Numbered from the stretch's first letter, positions 1 to 11,221 are shown. The stretch: DNA of 64,000 nucleotides from an uncultured Candidatus Rokubacteria bacterium (GCA_963758635.1 CAVWWD010000008.1:160001-224000), one strand, 5' to 3'. Translations and numbers: made by a program. The notes: generated by a model not told the origin, from the sequence alone.

Positions 1-278
1 AGATCCACCCGGAGGCGAACCAGTTCTGCCGCGAGGTCGGGAAGCCGCTCCGCCCTCCCTTCCCCAAATCGCCACTCGATGATGATGTTCTGGCCATCGA
101 CCCAGCCGAGGTCTCTCAGCCCTTGCAGAAACGGCCTGATGAAGGGCTGCCCGCTCTCCCGCGTCGGGCCGCCCAGCCACCCGATCCGCGGGACTTTCCC
201 CTGTTGCGCCCCGGCGGCGATCGGCGCGGCGAGAATGCCCCCGGTCAGGGCCGTAACAAACGTCCTGCGCGAAATCAC
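1..278 (-). CDS. ABC transporter substrate-binding protein (ABC_sub_bind type), N-terminal part, runs off the window start
   Basis: Manual translation from GTG at 278: MISRRTFVTALTGGILAAPIAAGAQQGKVPRIGWLGG...FLQGLRDLGWVDGQNIIIEWRFGEGRAERLPDLAAELVRLRVD, clearly paralogous to 440..1430. Confidence 0.9.
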   Translation of the reverse strand, partial: MISRRTFVTALTGGILAAPIAAGAQQGKVPRIGWLGGPTRESGQPFIRPFLQGLRDLGWVDGQNIIIEWRFGEGRAERLPDLAAELVRLRVD

Positions 279-358
279 CGAATGGCCATATCAGCCGCAG
301 GTGCTGCAGCCGCACCGCTGACGGAATACTTCACTCAGTTGAAGTCCTCAGGTCGACC

Positions 359-430
359 ATCTAACGCCGCGCTCAGCGGCCGGAGGGCGAGCAACGCGAG
401 CCCCCGGTCCGTTGAAGCGTGATGTTGGGC
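359..430 (-). mobile_element. integron attC site
   Basis: Minus strand GCCCAAC-ATCACGCTTCAACGGACCGGGGGCTCGCGTTGCTCGCCCTCCGGCCGCTGAGCGCGGC-GTTAGAT: RYYYAAC...GTTRRRY cores, imperfect palindrome, about 10 nt after the SBP stop codon. Confidence 0.85.
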
Positions 431-439
431 AGCATGAAA

Positions 440-1430
440 TCACTCTATGACCTGGTCCGCCCGCAGCAGCAGGGACGGCGGGACCGTCAGACCGAGCATC
501 TTCGCGGTCTTGAGATTGATCACCAGCTCGAATTTGGCCGGTTGCTCAATGGGCAGATCGGCGGGCTTGGCGCCTTTCAGGATCTTATCGACGTATGTCG
601 CGGAGCGATGGACGTTGTGACGAAAATTGGCACCGTAGCTCATGAGGCCACCGGCCTCCGGGTATTCCCTCGAGCCATACATTGCCGGTAGGCGGTTCTT
701 CGCCGCAAGGTCGGTGAGCCGTGCTCGATGGAAACCAAAGAAGGGGTCCAGCACTACGAGGAGGGCCCCCGCGCGTTCTCGGGCCATCGCGGCGAAGGCA
801 TTGTCGAACTCGTTGGGACCTCCGGCCTCCAGGAGCTGAAGCTGCACTCCCACCGCACGAGCCGCGACGATCACGTTTTCAATCGCGAGCGCGTGGGACG
901 GATTGGCCGGGTTCGAGAGGACCGCCACACGGCGGACCTTGGGGACGGTCTCCTTGAGCAGCTCAAGCCATTTGCCGACAATGTCGGTGCCGACGCTGAA
1001 GGACAACCCCGTGACGTTCCCGCCCGGGCGCGCGAGGCTTGTGACGAGCCCGAGCCCCACCGGATCACCAGCTGTCGCCATGACGATCGGAATCGTTCCC
1101 GTCGCGTTCTTGGCTGCCACAGCGAGCGCCGTATAGCCAGCAAAGATGACGTCAACCTTAAAACGGACGAGCTCAGCCGCGAGGTCGGGCAACCGGTCGG
1201 ACCTGCCCTCGGCCCATCGATACTCGATGACGATAGTCTTGCCCTCAACCCACCCGAGGTCCCGTAACCCTTGCAGGAATGCGTCGACCAAGCCCGCGTC
1301 ATTAGAACGGGTCCTCGCCCCAAGAAATCCGACCCGGGGCACCTTCTCCAGGGGTTGGGCGGCAGCCGGGGCGAGGGACACGGCAAGGAGGAGAAGGACC
1401 ACAGCGGTGGCGAGAATATTTGAGCCTCAC
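440..1430 (-). CDS. ABC transporter substrate-binding protein (ABC_sub_bind type) in an integron cassette; probable 1-nt indel in the signal peptide
   Basis: ORF 440..1402 with motifs DPVGLGLVTSLARPGGNVTG, GGLMSYG, YVDKILKGAKPADLPIEQP, LLLRADQVIE. A GTG at 1430 gives MRLNILATAVVLLL if one A is removed. Confidence 0.9.
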
Positions 1431-1513
1431 AGCTGGCCGTCCCCAATGCCCACCGCACCGTAGACTACAACAAGCCGGTGAGTCGTCATTGTCACTGTCG
1501 TACGCCCCGGTCT

Positions 1514-1520
1514 GCCCAAC
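1514..1520 (-). mobile_element. putative attI / cassette 5' core site GTTGGGC
   Basis: GTTGGGC on the minus strand upstream of the SBP gene, exactly complementary to the GCCCAAC that opens the attC at 430; lies about 210 nt downstream of the intI remnant. Confidence 0.5.
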
Positions 1521-1732
1521 TACTATTCGGTCCGGCGATACGCGGACCCGCATAGCGACCCAGACGCTGCAACGCGGAGTCGGACAGCATCGGTCCCACC
1601 CTCCAGTCTGGGTTCTTGCAGTCCTGTGATTCCGACTCCTTACCGATCCGTGGCCGGGTCTCGCTGGCCGTGCTATCCAACGCGGGGATGTCGTGTAGTG
1701 CGCCGTATATCCCGGTCGGGTCGGCCTGATTA

Positions 1733-1935
1733 TCACGCATCCAACATCCCGTCGAGCGGGCTGCGCACCCGGGACGGGCCGCGGTTCAGGAGTGCGGGTA
1801 GATCTGCGTGGTGGACACGTCACGGTGACCCAGGAGCTCCTCGACGGTCCGGATGTCGCGGCCGTCCTTGAGCAGGGGCGTGGCGGACGAATGGCGCAGG
1901 GTATGAGGGCCCGCACGCTTGGCGATCCCGGCATG
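1733..1935 (-). pseudogene. intI: truncated integron integrase, C-terminal remnant
   Basis: [46 protein letters not shown] (tyrosine recombinase box II), then after a frameshift [13 protein letters not shown], the typical IntI tail; N-terminal two-thirds absent. Confidence 0.85.
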
Positions 1936-2108
1936 TGGGTAGTTCCGAGGATAGCGGTCGGAGGACGGTAAGGTTCCCGCTGCTCCAGCTCTCCGCCTTT
2001 CAACACGTTGCTCCCCTCCCCGCTTGGTCCCAGACCCTCCGGGATAGATGGCAAGGCGCCGCTGCGTCGCCCGTCGCGTATGCGCGACGACAAGGCGTGC
2101 GCTGTATC

Positions 2109-3339
2109 TCACGTCCGTCGCGCGGCTTCCTTCTCCGCCATCTTCCGCCGGAGCTCCTCCGGCGTGAGCCGCACGATGTCCTCGTTCTGGTGCGAGTAGA
2201 CCTTGTGGCCGCTGGTGTCCAGGTCCTCGAGCTCGACGCGCCCGGCGAGCACGTCGGCCTTCCAGCGATCCTGCTCGGGCTGGCGCGCCTGGAACTCCGG
2301 CATTACCTCGCGCGCGAACAGCTCGAGGCTCGAGCAGATGTCCTCGTGGGTGGCCATGCCCGCCTGGTTCAGGAGGATGACCTGGTCGACGCGCGCGGCC
2401 TCGAACTCGCGGAGCGTGCGGCGGATGGTCTCCGGCGAGCCGATGAGGCCGGACTTGAGCGCCTTCTGCGCGGGCTCGGTGTGCCGCCAGTCCTGGTAGA
2501 GCGTCCACATGTCGCCCTTGCCGGGCTGGGCCATGCCGTGGCGGCCGTAGTGGCTCAGGCAGAACACGAAGAAGGTCCAGCCCGCCGCGCGCTCCTGCGC
2601 CTCGGCGTCGGTGGGGGCGCACATGAAGCCCGACACCATCGCGATGTTCGGGTTCGTCGGATAGTCGGCGAGCTTGGCGGGGTGGCGCGTCAGGTTGATG
2701 TAGTACTTGTTCACCCACGCGCGCGCGGCGTCCGGCGACACGAACTGGAAGCCCAGCGCGCCCATGCCCCAGCGTCCGGCGTCGGCGATGGTCTGGATGT
2801 TCGAGCACGCCACCCAGAGCGGCGGGTGCGGCTTCTGGAACGGCTTCGGGATCACGTTGCGCGACGGGAAGTCGAAGTGCTTGCCGTGCCACTCCCACGC
2901 GTCCTGGGTGAAGCAGGGGACGAGGGCCCGCACCGCCTCCTCCCACACCTCGCGCTTGTCGCGCACGCGCGCGCCGAAGGGGTGGAGCTCCACCGGGCCC
3001 TGGCCCTCGCCGAGCCCCAGCTCGACGCGGCCGCCGGAGAGGAGGTCGAGCGTGGCCACGCGCTCGGCGACGCGGATCGGATGGTTGGTGGGGAGCTGCA
3101 CCACGCCGTGGCCCAGGCGGATGCTTCCGCGTGCGCTGGCTCGCCGCGCCCAGGAACACCTCGGGCGCCGAGGAGTGCGAGTACTCCTCGAGGAAGTGGT
3201 GCTCCACCTCCCACGCGTAGTCGTAGCCCAGGCGGTCGGCGAGCTCGATCTGGGCGAGCGACTGCTGGAGGAGGTCGTGCTCGCTCCGCGCGGTCCACGG
3301 GCGCGGGAGCTGATGCTCGTAGAAGATGCCGAACTTCAT
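2109..3339 (-). CDS. LLM class flavin-dependent oxidoreductase (frameshift near 3125)
   Basis: [15 protein letters not shown]...[19 protein letters not shown] joined to [26 protein letters not shown]...[14 protein letters not shown]. Confidence 0.85.
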
Positions 3340-4515
3340 GGCTGGGGGTCTCCCTGGGATGTCGGCGAGCTGCGGCGAGGATCTCCGCGCGGTGCTGGTC
3401 GAGCGACGGCGCGGTGGCGCGGGGCGAGCCGTCCACGAACGGCGCGAGGCCGGGCGCGCGCGGCACGGGCACCTGGCCCACGCCGGGCTGCTGGAGCCAC
3501 GCCACCGCTCCCGTGGCCTCGACGTGCGGGTGCTTGAGGAACTCGAGGTAGTCCTGCACGGGCTGGTGCATGAGGCGGGCCTCGCGCAGGCGCGCGCTCC
3601 ACTCCACGTTGCCGCGGCGGGCGAAGCCGGCGTTGAGCCGCTCGGTGAGCAGCGGCCACGTGCGCGAAGCGCGACTCGTCGGTGGAAAAGCGCGGGTCGC
3701 TGCCGCACGTCGGGAAGCTCGAGCACGTCGCAGAGCGTTCGGAACTCGGCGTCGCTCTGGATCACCAGGCACATCCAGCCGTCAGCGGTGGCGAAGTTGC
3801 CCGACGGCGTGAAGCCCGGCCGCATGGTGCCGCCCTCCAGGTAGCTGGCCATCACGTGCACGCACTGGAGCGCGGCGGCCGAGCGCATGAGGCTCGTGTC
3901 GATGTGGCAGCCCCACGGCAGATCGCGGCGCGCGTAGAGCGCGGCGGACAGCGCCTGGAACGCGTAGAGCGCGGTGGACATGTCGACCACGATGTTCCGC
4001 ACGCGCTGCGGCACGCCGTCGGCGCCGCGGTTCGCCCACATGAGACCGGTGAAGGCCTGGAGGACAGGATCCATGGCGGGCCGGTCGCGCTCGACGCCCC
4101 ACTGCCCGAAGCCCGACACCGAGAGGTAGACGACCCGCGGGTTCGCCGCGGAGATCTCCTCGTAGCCGACGCCCAGGCGCACGGCCACGCCGGGCCGGAA
4201 GCCCTCCACGAACACGTCGGCGCGCGCGGCGAGACGGCGCAGCACGGCGAGGTCCTCCCGCGTCTTCAGGTCCAGGACGATGCTGCGCTTGCCGAGGTTG
4301 CCGGCGATCGAGAACGCCGTCTGGTCTCCGTAGCGGCGGCCGAGGCGGCGGGCCCAGTCGCCGCCCGGCGGCTCCACCTTGACGACGTCGGCGCCGTGGG
4401 CGGCGAGCAGCATCGCGGCGTAGGGGCCGGCGATGCCCTGGCTCAGGTCGACGACGCGGAGCCCGGCGTAGGGCGCGTCGTACGAGGCGGGGGGCGCATT
4501 CTGGGGGCGATCCAC
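3340..4515 (-). CDS. CaiB/BaiF family III CoA-transferase (frameshifted; 3' end approximate)
   Basis: [68 protein letters not shown]-terminal [12 protein letters not shown] in another frame. Confidence 0.85.
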
Positions 4516-4590
4516 GTCGACGAATGATAGACGAGGCGCTCCGCGCCCGGCAAGCGGGCGCGCGCCGCGCTCGCGCTATGATCGGCCGCG

Positions 4591-5334
4591 GTGGTCCGGA
4601 TCATGGCTCGCCTTCTCGCCGTGAGCGAACGCGTCCTCGCGCGCCTCGGGGGCGGTCTCCCGATGGGGCTCGCGCTGGCCGTGCTCCTCGCCCTCCTGAT
4701 GGCGAGCGCCGACGCGCAGACCCTGCTCGACTTCGTCACGCTGGACGGCATCGACTACATCCGGTGGGCGGACGAGCCGGGGCGGGCGCTCGCCGCCGGG
4801 GACCTGGGCGGCGAGTTCGCGACGATCGCGTGCTCGGTGGGCGAGGACTCCCGGACCTGCTCCTACGGGCTGGACGCGGCCGCGGCGTTCATGCCGGCGG
4901 GCAGCCGCGTCTACGCCGTTCGCGGCTACGCGACGGAGTTCCGGCTCGCCGTCGCGTGGAGAGACCGGATCTTCCTCTACCAGGCGTGGCGCAACCCGCG
5001 CGCCAGGGTCGGCGCGCACCTGTATCCGCTGCGAGGGCAAGGTCGTCGCCATCGACGTGGAGGCCGGCGCGGCCACGCCCCCGTCGCCGCGGCGTCCGTC
5101 ACGGGTCGCCGCGGAAGGCGGACGTCCGCATGCTCGTGGACCTGGTGCTGCGGGGCGCCGTGCGCCCGGCGCGCGCGCGCCGCGGCGGGAGAGCCGCGCT
5201 ACTGGCTCACGTTCTGGCTGGCCGATGGCACCACGCTCGACCGTCCGTACGCCCCGTCCACGGGCGAGCTCATGGGCGGCGTCGTGGTGCCCGCCGAGTT
5301 CCGTCAGATCCTCGCGCGCTACGCGGATCGCTGA
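4591..5334 (+). CDS. hypothetical exported protein (probable frameshift near 5035)
   Basis: Signal-peptide-like hydrophobic N-terminus, coding-like codon usage, TATGAT 8 nt upstream of the GTG. Confidence 0.55.
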   Translation: MVRIMARLLAVSERVLARLGGGLPMGLALAVLLALLMASADAQTLLDFVTLDGIDYIRWADEPGRALAAGDLGGEFATIACSVGEDSRTCSYGLDAAAAFMPAGSRVYAVRGYATEFRLAVAWRDRIFLYQAWRNPRARVGAHLYPLRGQGRRHRRGGRRGHAPVAAASVTGRRGRRTSACSWTWCCGAPCARRARAAAGEPRYWLTFWLADGTTLDRPYAPSTGELMGGVVVPAEFRQILARYADR

Positions 5335-5374
5335 CGGTCAGTCGGCCGTCCGTCGTCTCGCCGCGCGCGCGCGC

Positions 5375-5896
5375 TCACGCGCCGGCGAGCCAGCCCGCGA
5401 GCCCGCCGAGCAGGACCACCGCGATCGGCGGGAGCCAGCCGCGCCACAGCACGCCGAAGGCGGCCACGGCGATGCACGCGGTGAGCGGGTCGTAGACGGA
5501 TGAGCGTCCCAGCGTCCACGCGCCCGCCATCATGAGGCCGATGCCCACGGGCAGGATCGCCTGCTCGATCGCCCGGGGCCACGGGCGCTCGCGGAGGCGC
5601 GTCCAGTACCGCGCGGCGAGCCCGGCGGTGGCGGCGGCGGGCAGGAACATGGCCGCGCCCGCCACGCCCGCGCCGAGCAGGCCGTGCGCATGGTAGCCGA
5701 TGAATACGACCACGAGCATGTTGGGCCCCGGCGAGAGCTGGCAGAGCGCATAGCCGTCGACGAACTGCTGCGCGGTGACCCAGCCGAACCTCTCGACGGA
5801 CTGCCGCTGCATCTCGGCGAGGACGCCGAGGCCGCCGCCCACCGCGAGGAAGCTCAGCCAGAGGAACGTCCACGCCATCCACGCGAGGTCGGTCAC
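5375..5896 (-). CDS. chromate transporter (CHR family, short chain)
   Basis: FLAVGGGLGVLAEMQRQSVERFGWVTAQQFVDGYALCQLSPGPN. Confidence 0.85.
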   Translation of the reverse strand: MTDLAWMAWTFLWLSFLAVGGGLGVLAEMQRQSVERFGWVTAQQFVDGYALCQLSPGPNMLVVVFIGYHAHGLLGAGVAGAAMFLPAAATAGLAARYWTRLRERPWPRAIEQAILPVGIGLMMAGAWTLGRSSVYDPLTACIAVAAFGVLWRGWLPPIAVVLLGGLAGWLAGA

Positions 5897-6444
5897 GTCT
5901 CGGGGCTCCGGTCCGGCGCCCGCGAGCGGAGCAGGACGCCCGCCGATCCCACCAGCAGGATCACGAGCGCGGTGTTCACGCCGAGCGGACCCACGGCGAG
6001 GAAGGTCGCCGCCGCGGCGAGAGCGCGGCGCCGGTCGCGCACGACGCTCACCGCGAGGCGCACCGCGGTCATCGCCACGAGGCCCACCACCGCGGCGCTC
6101 ATGCCGTGCAGGAACGGCCGGACCGCCGGCGTGAGGCCCACCTTGAAGTAGAGGATGGTCAGCGCGAGCACGACGAGGGCGCCGGGCAGGAGCAGGGCCA
6201 CGCCGGCCGCCGCCGCTCCGCGCCCGCCGGCGAGCCGGTAGCCCAGGAGCACGCCGAGGTTCGAGAAGTTCGGCCCGGGCAGGATCTGGGAGAGCGTGAA
6301 GTCCTGCGCGAACTCGCGGTTCGACAGCCAGGGCCGCCGCTCGACGACCTGGCCGTGGAAGTAGGCGCTGCGCCCGCCGCCGAGGCTCGTGAGGCCGGTC
6401 CAGGCGAACACCTTGATCAGCCGCGACAGGCTCACGCGCGCCAC
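5893..6444 (-). CDS. chromate transporter (CHR family, short chain), partner subunit
   Basis: GLTSLGGG...WLSNREFAQDFTLSQILPGPNFSN. Confidence 0.85.
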   Translation of the reverse strand: MARVSLSRLIKVFAWTGLTSLGGGRSAYFHGQVVERRPWLSNREFAQDFTLSQILPGPNFSNLGVLLGYRLAGGRGAAAAGVALLLPGALVVLALTILYFKVGLTPAVRPFLHGMSAAVVGLVAMTAVRLAVSVVRDRRRALAAAATFLAVGPLGVNTALVILLVGSAGVLLRSRAPDRSPET

Positions 6445-6532
6445 GATCGGAGACGGTAGCACGGGGCCCCGGGGTATGATGAGGCCCACACGTCCCGTCC
6501 GGGCCGTCCCCGCGGCCCAGAGGAGAGCGGTC

Positions 6533-7033
6533 ATGGAACTCATCGGCAGGATGCTCGACGGATCGATCTCCTACGATTCGCAGAGCGGGCTCGAGCCCTC
6601 CTCCTCCGGTCTGCGCCAGGACGACAAGATCGATCGGCTCGAGGAGGTCTCGCTCTTCCAGGGCTGCAGCCGCCGTCAGCTCCGCCACATCGCCCGCATC
6701 GCGGAGACCTTCGACGCTCCGCCCGGGATGCCGCTGGCCCGCACGGGCGAGCCGGGCAATCAGTTCTTCCTCATCCTGGACGGCACGGCCCGGGTCGAGG
6801 TGTCACCGGAGAAGCAGAGCCAGCTCCACCCGGGTGACTACTTCGGTGAGATGAGCCTGCTCGACGGCGAGCCGCGCTCCGCCACCGTGATCGCCGAGAC
6901 GCCGATGCGCGTGCTCGTGATCAGCCGGCGGAACTTCAACACGCTCCTCGGCGAGGTCCCGGGCCTGATCCAGAACATCCTCGTCACCCTGTCCAAGCGC
7001 GTGCGCCGCGCCGAGGGCGCCGTCGGGCGGTAG
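6533..7033 (+). CDS. cyclic nucleotide-binding domain protein
   Basis: GEPGNQFFLILDG...GDYFGEMSLLDGEPRSATVIA; RBS AGGAG upstream. Confidence 0.85.
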   Translation: MELIGRMLDGSISYDSQSGLEPSSSGLRQDDKIDRLEEVSLFQGCSRRQLRHIARIAETFDAPPGMPLARTGEPGNQFFLILDGTARVEVSPEKQSQLHPGDYFGEMSLLDGEPRSATVIAETPMRVLVISRRNFNTLLGEVPGLIQNILVTLSKRVRRAEGAVGR

Positions 7034-7072
7034 CCCGCTCCACGCGCTGAGCGTCGCCGCGCCGGCGCGGCG

Positions 7073-7990
7073 TCAGCGCGCGTCCCGGTAACGCTCCACC
7101 GCGGCCTGCATGTCGGCGGGAAGCGCGGCCCGGCACTCGATGCGCGCGCCGGACACGGGATGCGCGAACCCCAGCAGCGCGGCGTGCAGCATCGGCCGCG
7201 CGAAGAAGGCCGCCGCCCCCGCGTCGCCGTAGGTCACGTCGCCCATCACCGCGTGGCCGATCCCCGCGAGGTGCACGCGGATCTGGTGCATGCGCCCGGT
7301 GCGGGGCCGCACCTCCAGCAGGGTGGCGCCGGGCGAGAGCCGCTCGGCCACGCGGAACTCCGTCACCGCGCCCCGCGGCTTTGCCGAGCGCGCCGAGACG
7401 CGGCGGCCGTCGCGCACGTCGCGTCCGATCGGGCGGTCGATCACGCCGCCGCGCCTCACCGCGCCCGCCACGAGGGCCAGGTACATCCGGTCGATCGAGT
7501 GCGCGCGGAACTGTCGGGAGAGGTCGCGGTGGGCGCGATCGGTCTTGGCCACGACGACCACGCCGCTCGTGCCCTTGTCGAGCCGGTGGACCAGCCCGGG
7601 CCGGATCCGCTGCCCGCCCGCGTTCGCCGTGCGGCCCACGTGGTGCACGAGCGCGTTCAGCAGCGTGCCCGTCCAGTTGCCCGGCGCCGGATGCATCGTC
7701 ACGCCGGCCGGCTTGTCCACCACGAGCAGCTCGCCGTCCTCGTGCAGCACGCGGAGCGGCCGGTCCTCGGGCGCGACGGCGATCGGCGGCCGGACGGCCA
7801 GGTGGCTGGCGATGACGTCGCCGGGGCGGATGCGCTGGGCGGCCTTGGCGCGCCGGCCGTTGACCGTGACGAGCCCGCTCGCGATCCATCGCTGCACGGC
7901 GGCGCGCGAGACGTTGGCGCTCTGCGTGCTCACGAAGCGGTCGAGCCGCCGTGGCGACTGGCCCGGGGGAACGACGGTCACGCGCTGCAC
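7073..7990 (-). CDS. RluA-family (RluD-like) pseudouridine synthase with S4 domain
   Basis: RLDRFV S4 region, VVDKPAG, GLVHRLDKGTSG, TGRMHQIRVH, LHAALLGFAHP. Confidence 0.92.
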   Translation of the reverse strand: MQRVTVVPPGQSPRRLDRFVSTQSANVSRAAVQRWIASGLVTVNGRRAKAAQRIRPGDVIASHLAVRPPIAVAPEDRPLRVLHEDGELLVVDKPAGVTMHPAPGNWTGTLLNALVHHVGRTANAGGQRIRPGLVHRLDKGTSGVVVVAKTDRAHRDLSRQFRAHSIDRMYLALVAGAVRRGGVIDRPIGRDVRDGRRVSARSAKPRGAVTEFRVAERLSPGATLLEVRPRTGRMHQIRVHLAGIGHAVMGDVTYGDAGAAAFFARPMLHAALLGFAHPVSGARIECRAALPADMQAAVERYRDAR

Positions 7991-8128
7991 GACGGTGGGC
8001 CTTTTCTACCCATCTCCCGGAATGTTACGTCGTCGCGGCGGGAGCGTTCCTGTGGAACCGATGGAGTCACCCGTGGTGCGCGAGCCGGACACGGTCAGGC
8101 CATCTTGGCCGTACCCGACTCGGCGTGG

Positions 8129-9581
8129 TCAGCCATGGCGGCGCCTCAGGCCTGCCGTGCACAGCCGCCCCGGTCGGGCCGCGGGGCGCGTCTTCGCGTC
8201 GGCAGCGGCGAGGAGCTCCCGGAAGGCAGGCTCGTAGGCCTCGGCGTAGCTCGGAAACGGGTGGACCACGTCGGCGAGCACCTCGAGGGGCACGCGCGCC
8301 CGGATGGCCAGGGCCGCCTCGCCGATGAGCTCCTCGACGTGGGGGCCGATGGCCGATGCGCCCAGGAGGACGCGCTCCCCACGATCGGCCACGAGAACGA
8401 TCATTCCCGTCTTCACTCCCGTCACGTGGGCGCGCGCCGTCCCGCCGAGCGCGAACGTGGCGACCACCGCGTCGTGCCCCTGCTGGCGGGCGGCCTCGGA
8501 CGTGAGGCCCACCGAGGCCACGGCGGGATCGGTGTAGACGCCGCGGGGGATCGCGCGGGTGTCGACCCGTGTCTCCCTGCCGAGGAGGTTCGCGGCGATC
8601 GTCCGGGCCTGGTAGTTCGCGGTGTGCGTGTAGCGCCCGACCGCCGTCACGTCCCCGGCGCCCCATACGTGGCGCTGTCCCCGGACGCGGCAGTGGTCGT
8701 CCACCGGAAGGTCGCGGCGCGCGTCCAGCTCGATGCCGAGCACGTCCAGGCCGATGCCGGCCGTGTTCGCGCGCACGCCGGGGGCGAGGATGAGCCGCTC
8801 GACGGTCGACGACGAGCCGTCGTCGAGGACGACGCGCGCGCCGCCCGAGACGGCCTCGACGCGGATTGACGCGCACGCCCACGCGCACGTCGATCCCATC
8901 CCCGCGGAGCTCGCTCGCGAGCGCATCGGCCACCGCGGGCTCCTCGCGCGGAAGGAGGCGGCGCGCGCGCTGCACCAGGCTCACGCGGGAGCCGAACCGC
9001 GCGAGCACCTGCGCGATCTCGCAGCCGACCGGACCGCCTCCGACGACGACCGCGGACTCCGGCAGACGCGCTGACGAATAGAAGTCCTCGCTGGTCCAGG
9101 GGTCGATGTCCTCGATGCCGGGCAGCGTCACCTCGCGGAGGCGGCTGCCCGTGGCGACGATCAGGTCGCGCCACCCGAGCCGGGAGTCTCCCGCGACGAG
9201 CGTGCCGGGACCCTCGATGCGGCCGCGGGCCCGGATCACCTCCACGCCGGCCTTCTGGAGCTCGGCGGTGGCGCGCGCGTCGCTCCGGTGCTCGGCGACG
9301 GCGTCGCGCCGCGCCACCGCCGCGGCGTACGCGTCGCGGTCGTCGTCGAGCGCGGCAGGGCGGCTGGTCGCGCCCATCGCCCGCGCGGAGGCGCGCAGAC
9401 CGTGGCGGAGCTCCGCCGCCAGGAGCATGGCCTTGCTGGGCATGCACGCGAAGTAGGGACACTCGCCGCCGACCAGGCCCTGCTCCACCAGCGCCACGCG
9501 CCGGCCACCCCGGGCGAGGAGCGAGGCCGCGGTCTCGCCCGCCGAGCCTCCGCCGAGGACCACGACATCCCACGTGTCCAT
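8129..9581 (-). CDS. pyridine nucleotide-disulfide oxidoreductase (dihydrolipoyl dehydrogenase family; frameshift near 8865)
   Basis: DVVVLGGGSAG, GGECPYFACMPSK, GGGPVGCE, GAGDV, HPFPSYAE. Confidence 0.88.
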
Positions 9582-9676
9582 GCATGTGAGCGTCCGCCCG
9601 TTCCGGGACTCTGTCCAGCCATTGCCCCGCCCGCGCGGCCACCGGCGGCACGCGGCCGGCACGGCGGGCGGCCCGT

Positions 9677-11221
9677 TCAGGCGCCGAGGATCGAGCGGAG
9701 GTGGTCGTTCAGGAACCGGCCGCGGGGGTCGAGGCGGCGGCGGACGTCGTGGAACCGGTCCCACAGAGGATAGAGGGCGGCCAGCTCACGGGCGGTGTGG
9801 GTGTGCATCTTGCCCCAGTGCGGGCGTCCGCGGTGATTGCGGAAGACCGCCTCGACGTCCGCGAAGAACGCCTGGTGCGGGAGCTGGGCCGCCTGGTGCA
9901 CGGAGATGGTGACGGTCGGGCGCCCGTACGCTGGGCTGAGCGGGATGTCGTCGGCGGCGACCGTCCGGTACTCCACGGGCCAGGCGACGTCCGCGTGGCG
10001 GCCGCGCATGAGGTCGCGGATCTCCTGCATGCACTCGGGCCCGTCCTCGGCGGGGAGCGCGAACTCCATCTCGTTGAACGTGAACGTCCGCTCCGAGGGG
10101 AAGACCCGATCGCTCCAGTCGATCCGCTGGCCCGGCGCGGGCTCGCCGGGATCGCGATGGGTCGGGTTCAGCGACTTCATCGCGCAGGCGTCGCCCCGGG
10201 AGCTCCAGAAGAACTCGAAGTGATGGTTGTCCGAGATCATCCGGCCCAGCGCGTCCATGGCGCGCGAGAACGGCCAGTCCCAGCGCATCTCGTGCAGCCG
10301 GTACGCGGGGAGGAGGCGAAGCCGGACACGCGTGACCACGCCGAACGCGCCGAGAGCCACCCGCGCCGACTCGAACACGGCGGGCTCGACCGTGCTCGAG
10401 CACTCGACGCGCTCGCCGCCGGCGGTGACGAGGGTGAGGCCGGTGACCTGGGTGGAGATGCTGCCGAACCACGCGCCGGTTCCATGGGTGCCCGTGGAGA
10501 TCGCGCCGGCGATGGTCTGGCGGTCGATGTCGCCCATGCTCTCCATGGCGAGCCCGCGGGAGCGGAGGAGCGGGCCGAGCGCGCGGATCGTGCTGCCGCC
10601 CCACACCGTGGCCTCGCCGGCCGGGGCATCGGCCGACACGATCCCGCTGAGCCCGTCGAGCGACACGATGACGCCGTCGGACGCGCAGAGGGCCGTGAAC
10701 GAGTGTCCGGTGCCGGCCACCCGGATGGGCAGCCCCGCGCGGCTCGCGTCACGGACGACCGCCGCGACCTGGTCCTCCGTGGTGGGGGCCTCGATGCGGC
10801 GGGGACGGCAGCGGACCGAGCCCGACCAGTTGCGCCACTCGCCGGCCGCGCCGTGCCCCGGTCCCGGCACGCTGCCCGCGCTGTCGTCGAGCCGATCGCC
10901 GTCGTCCTCGACCCAGGTGTCGTCCTCGGCCCAGGTGAGGACGAGCCGGGAGCGGTCGAGGAAGTTCTCGTTGTCCTCGCCGGCGCGGCGGCCCTCGGGC
11001 GTGGAGGCGGCGCGATCGGCGGCCTCGCGCGACGCGAACCAGAGCGCGGCGACGCCGTCCATCGGCGCCAGGGGAGGCACCGTCTCGACGGTCCGGGCGA
11101 GCACGTAGCCGGTGAGACCGGGCATCAGCCGGACCAGCGGCGCGTGCACGTCCGTCCAGTGATGGTCGAAGGCCTCCGCGGAGAGCCCGGGGCGGCGATG
11201 GACGGTGCCGAGCCGCTTCAC
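9677..11221 (-). CDS. EthD-like domain fused to FAD-linked oxidase (D-arabinono-1,4-lactone oxidase family)
   Basis: N-term RRPGLSAEAFDHHWTDVHAPLV...DGVAALWF (EthD); then WRNWSG, VAGTGHSFT, GAISTGTHGTG, GRPHWGK, LDPRGRFLN. Confidence 0.8.
   Translation of the reverse strand: MKRLGTVHRRPGLSAEAFDHHWTDVHAPLVRLMPGLTGYVLARTVETVPPLAPMDGVAALWFASREAADRAASTPEGRRAGEDNENFLDRSRLVLTWAEDDTWVEDDGDRLDDSAGSVPGPGHGAAGEWRNWSGSVRCRPRRIEAPTTEDQVAAVVRDASRAGLPIRVAGTGHSFTALCASDGVIVSLDGLSGIVSADAPAGEATVWGGSTIRALGPLLRSRGLAMESMGDIDRQTIAGAISTGTHGTGAWFGSISTQVTGLTLVTAGGERVECSSTVEPAVFESARVALGAFGVVTRVRLRLLPAYRLHEMRWDWPFSRAMDALGRMISDNHHFEFFWSSRGDACAMKSLNPTHRDPGEPAPGQRIDWSDRVFPSERTFTFNEMEFALPAEDGPECMQEIRDLMRGRHADVAWPVEYRTVAADDIPLSPAYGRPTVTISVHQAAQLPHQAFFADVEAVFRNHRGRPHWGKMHTHTARELAALYPLWDRFHDVRRRLDPRGRFLNDHLRSILGA

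Noticed and set aside
1786..4515. 909-aa ORF appearing to fuse a CoA-transferase, an LLM and an integrase
   Set aside because: Chimeric open frame produced by indels and high GC; these are three separate genes
8129..9581. Mercuric reductase merA next to chromate transporters
   Set aside because: No C-terminal Cys-Cys pair and no other mer genes
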